Assembly: GCA_030141605.1 (NCBI GenBank)
Contig: JAQGDQ010000951.1
Coordinates: 19,947 to 77,127 of the forward strand
Reading direction: 5' to 3'
Source: Tubiluchus corallicola
Lineage: Eukaryota; Animalia; Priapulida
DNA length: 57,181 bases
Shown here: in pieces, positions 54,262-57,181 of the stretch
Layout: every line of letters begins with the position of its first letter
Numbering within the stretch: the stretch's first letter is position 1
Program-made: the position numbers and the translations under genes
Notes under the pieces: generated by a model
What the model saw: only the letters and a program-made list of their open reading frames with translations
Told to the model about the DNA's origin: nothing
The model's database searches: none

Positions 54262-54660
54262 ATCTAAGTATATATATATAGTCGTCGGGGCTATAGTTAA
54301 ACGAACTGTACATCAAACGAAATGTCTCAAGCCGCAGATTTACCATTGGGGGTATTTTTATTTTTCGAATCGGGCCTATCCGGAGCAACGGGGGCTGGGG
54401 TGGCGAAAACCCCACAAGAATAGCCATTTTTCGTCCGTTTTTTGCAAAACGTATTCCTCTTATTTTCAGGGAATGATGAATACGGCGGGTACAGTTACAG
54501 TAATGGTTAGACAGTTCGCTCAATGGTGGATATTATAGTCATAATGTTTAGAATTCGCGGCAGGCTTATGGCTTTCAACAACGGACGTTTTCTTGGGCTC
54601 ATGCGCCCATATTTTACGAAAAATTGCACCACCAGCCTCCAGAAAAATTCAATTTGTGCA
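54262..54660 (+). mobile_element. Diverged partial relative of the 31789-32571 Helitron; another fragment lies at 43865-43975
   Basis: Shared catcaaacgaaa.gtctc...ccattggg...tttttcgaat.ggg...ttttttgcaaaac.tat....ttatttcag...tttagaattc. Confidence 0.7.
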
Positions 54661-55199
54661 ACAATTCTGAAAAGAGTACGAAACAGTCTACAAATTGAGA
54701 AAGTTTCGCTAGGAGAGATGTTCACTAGAGAAAGTGTGAGGGGTGTATTTTGTATTTCTTTTTTAACCCCAACCCCCCAGCGTTGCACGCTGTTTGGAAC
54801 ACCAATTGTCTTTGACTTTGAGAAATTACGTGGCTGTTCCAGGCATTGTCTTCACCTACCGTTCTACAGCGTTATATGTTGTATATCATTGTATATTATA
54901 AGTTGTAATCGATGCATAATGCGATTTAATTACTAAGCATCGTCTTGAACTTGGTAAACGTTTTATACCACAAACTAAGCCTAATGATTCCAAACAGGGT
55001 AGCAACCACATTGCACGTTGGAATGTTCAAATCAAACTTTTATGTTAGCGGGCTTTTTTGTTGCCCTGAATCTGGTATGAAAATAACAAGCGGAGACAAG
55101 GTATAATAGCTGATATAAATTGTAAGACGCGCAGTCAGTACCATCATAAATTTCGCCAAGTAATGCGCAATCAAAATTTTCGTGATATCCCTCCTTTAA

Positions 55200-55965
55200 A
55201 GATGAAGACAAAGATTGCTCTCACTGGTTGGATTCTAAAACTTGAAAAATTCGCTAATGCTCCAAGCTAATAGTGGTAGAGACACTTATTTTCTTTTCTT
55301 GGGACTGCAAATATTTTGCAAAGACAGAGAAGAGCTAATATCTTAAAGCTATTACTGGTAGAGAGCGCCTATTTTCTGTTCCTGGCCGAGCAAATATTTT
55401 GCAAAGCAAGTTTTTAAAGAAGAGAGAGTTTGCGAACACTCTGCCGCTGGGAAGAGCAAATAATTGTCGAAGCTATTAGTGGACGAGAGCGCATTTTTCT
55501 ACCTGAGTAAATATTTTGGAAAGGAAATTTTCCACAGAAAAGAAAGTACGAGAGCACTCACCCCCTAAGAAGACCAATTAGATGCACAGAGCGCTTATTG
55601 TGTTCTGGCAGAGTAAATGTTTGGCAAAGTTAATTATTTAAATGACAAAAGCTTTGCGAGCACTCACCTCCTGGGAAAAGCTTAGAACTGTTTACCTTTG
55701 AGATAAGTGTCTTTTCTTTCGAAAATAAGCTCCAGACGCCCTGACATTAATCCATCGTTCTTGTTATCTCTTAGCGCCTGGGAAGCCAAAGGTATGCGAC
55801 ACTGGGAACAGAAATAACTGCTTTACAGGGACTCTTCCCCGGATTATTTGAACGCCACGCGTCACAAGAGCCACTTCTATTTTACCTGTGAAAGAAGCTT
55901 ATCTTTTCTGAGTAAAAAGTGATGAAAATTTTCCACCAACATGTTCGTTTTGCAATTTTAAATTT
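55200..55965 (+). mobile_element. Copy of the composite element with internal subrepeats
   Basis: gatgaaga.aaagattgctctcactg...caacatgttcgttttgcaattttaaatttta is collinear with 41185-41970. Confidence 0.88.
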
Positions 55966-56020
55966 TATGAGCTGGGATTCCTTTTTAATGTGTATTGCAA
56001 AATAATAATAGTTATAAAAT

Positions 56021-56202
<182 letters not shown>

Positions 56203-57181
56203 TACATTTTAATTAAATTTGACAGGAATCAAAACTTCGACAGTTTTAGAAGTAATGCCCAACAATTAGATTTTGACGAATTGTTGACAAAACCGAGGAA
56301 AATTAAGCTGTAGTGATAAAATGTTGAATAAATCACGCGCAGGAAAGAGCAAATAATATTCGAAACTACTACCGACAGACAGTACTTGTTTCTTTTAACT
56401 GACATGGTCATTTACAATGGCCACTTCGATTTTATTTTTTAAAGTCGTGTAAACTTTGACGAGGAAATGTACAACGACGGCATCATTTTCCGCTTTCTGG
56501 ATCTCAAACGAAATGATTCTGTCACTTTGCCAGGGCGCAACTTGCCAGTCTATCTTTTCGCCTGTCAGTATTTTGCCAGTCTATCTTTTCGCCAGTCCAT
56601 CATTTCGCCAGTCTAATTTTTCGATACTACATCTTTTCGTCAGTTGTTAACAGAAATACTGCAATAAATATTTACGTAGTAGTACACTTTGTCAGTGTAA
56701 AATTTCGCCTGTCGATATTAGAAATAGCGCAATAAGTATTTAAATGGTGTTAATCTTATCATTTCGCCGGTCTATCTTTAGCCAGTTGATATTAAAAATA
56801 GGATTGTTAATTAAACTAGAAAATAGGATATTCTTTAATTATAAAATAAGGGGTTGTTCATCACTTTGCGAGCGCACAATTCGCCAGTGGTTATTGGAAA
56901 TAGTACAATAGAAATTGAAATTTGTGAATATATCATTGAGATATTTCTGTCAATTGTTTTGAAGATTGTACGTTCGATCATGAAAAATATGTAAAATATT
57001 TGCGCAATATTGATCATTGGTGGATTCTCTACATAACAGCATTTATAATTGCACATAGTTTCAAATTGCACAAAACGCTTTCACGTTTCACTAGGCTGTT
57101 GTTGTTGACGTCCCTGCTACTGTTGTTGTCATTGGTGTTGCTGTTGTTGTTGTTGCTACCGCTGCTGCCGTGTTCGCGCAT

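Noticed and set aside
56229-56411. Missing TM-anchor first exon of the minus-strand sulfotransferase
   Set aside because: It is only moderately hydrophobic, and I found no convincing phase-1 donor after the hydrophobic stretch.

Overview
AT-rich eukaryotic DNA, most likely from a marine invertebrate: it has spliceosomal GT-AG introns, microsatellites and many LINE, SINE, LTR and DNA-transposon remnants. No prokaryotic operons, rRNA or CRISPR were found. Nearly all recognisable host coding pieces are Golgi-type glycan-modifying enzymes from five different families: the 3' end of an alpha-1,3-fucosyltransferase (GT10); N- and C-terminal pieces of a CHST11/HNK-1-type sulfotransferase; an intact intronless GT-A glycosyltransferase resembling the plant/algal At5g12260 family; a decayed Nucleotid_trans (GT77-like) gene; and an apparently intact spliced CHST1/3/4-type 6-O-sulfotransferase. 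The main hypothesis is a cluster for sulfated/fucosylated glycan synthesis undergoing birth and death. The TE background includes a head-to-tail Helitron pair, a spliced Mutator-like transposase interrupted by a MITE and facing a CaRF-like gene, Ty3/Gypsy and BEL remnants, several LINEs, tRNA-derived SINEs, two repeated composite elements and a 57-bp minisatellite. All family calls come from motif recognition by eye, not database searches.
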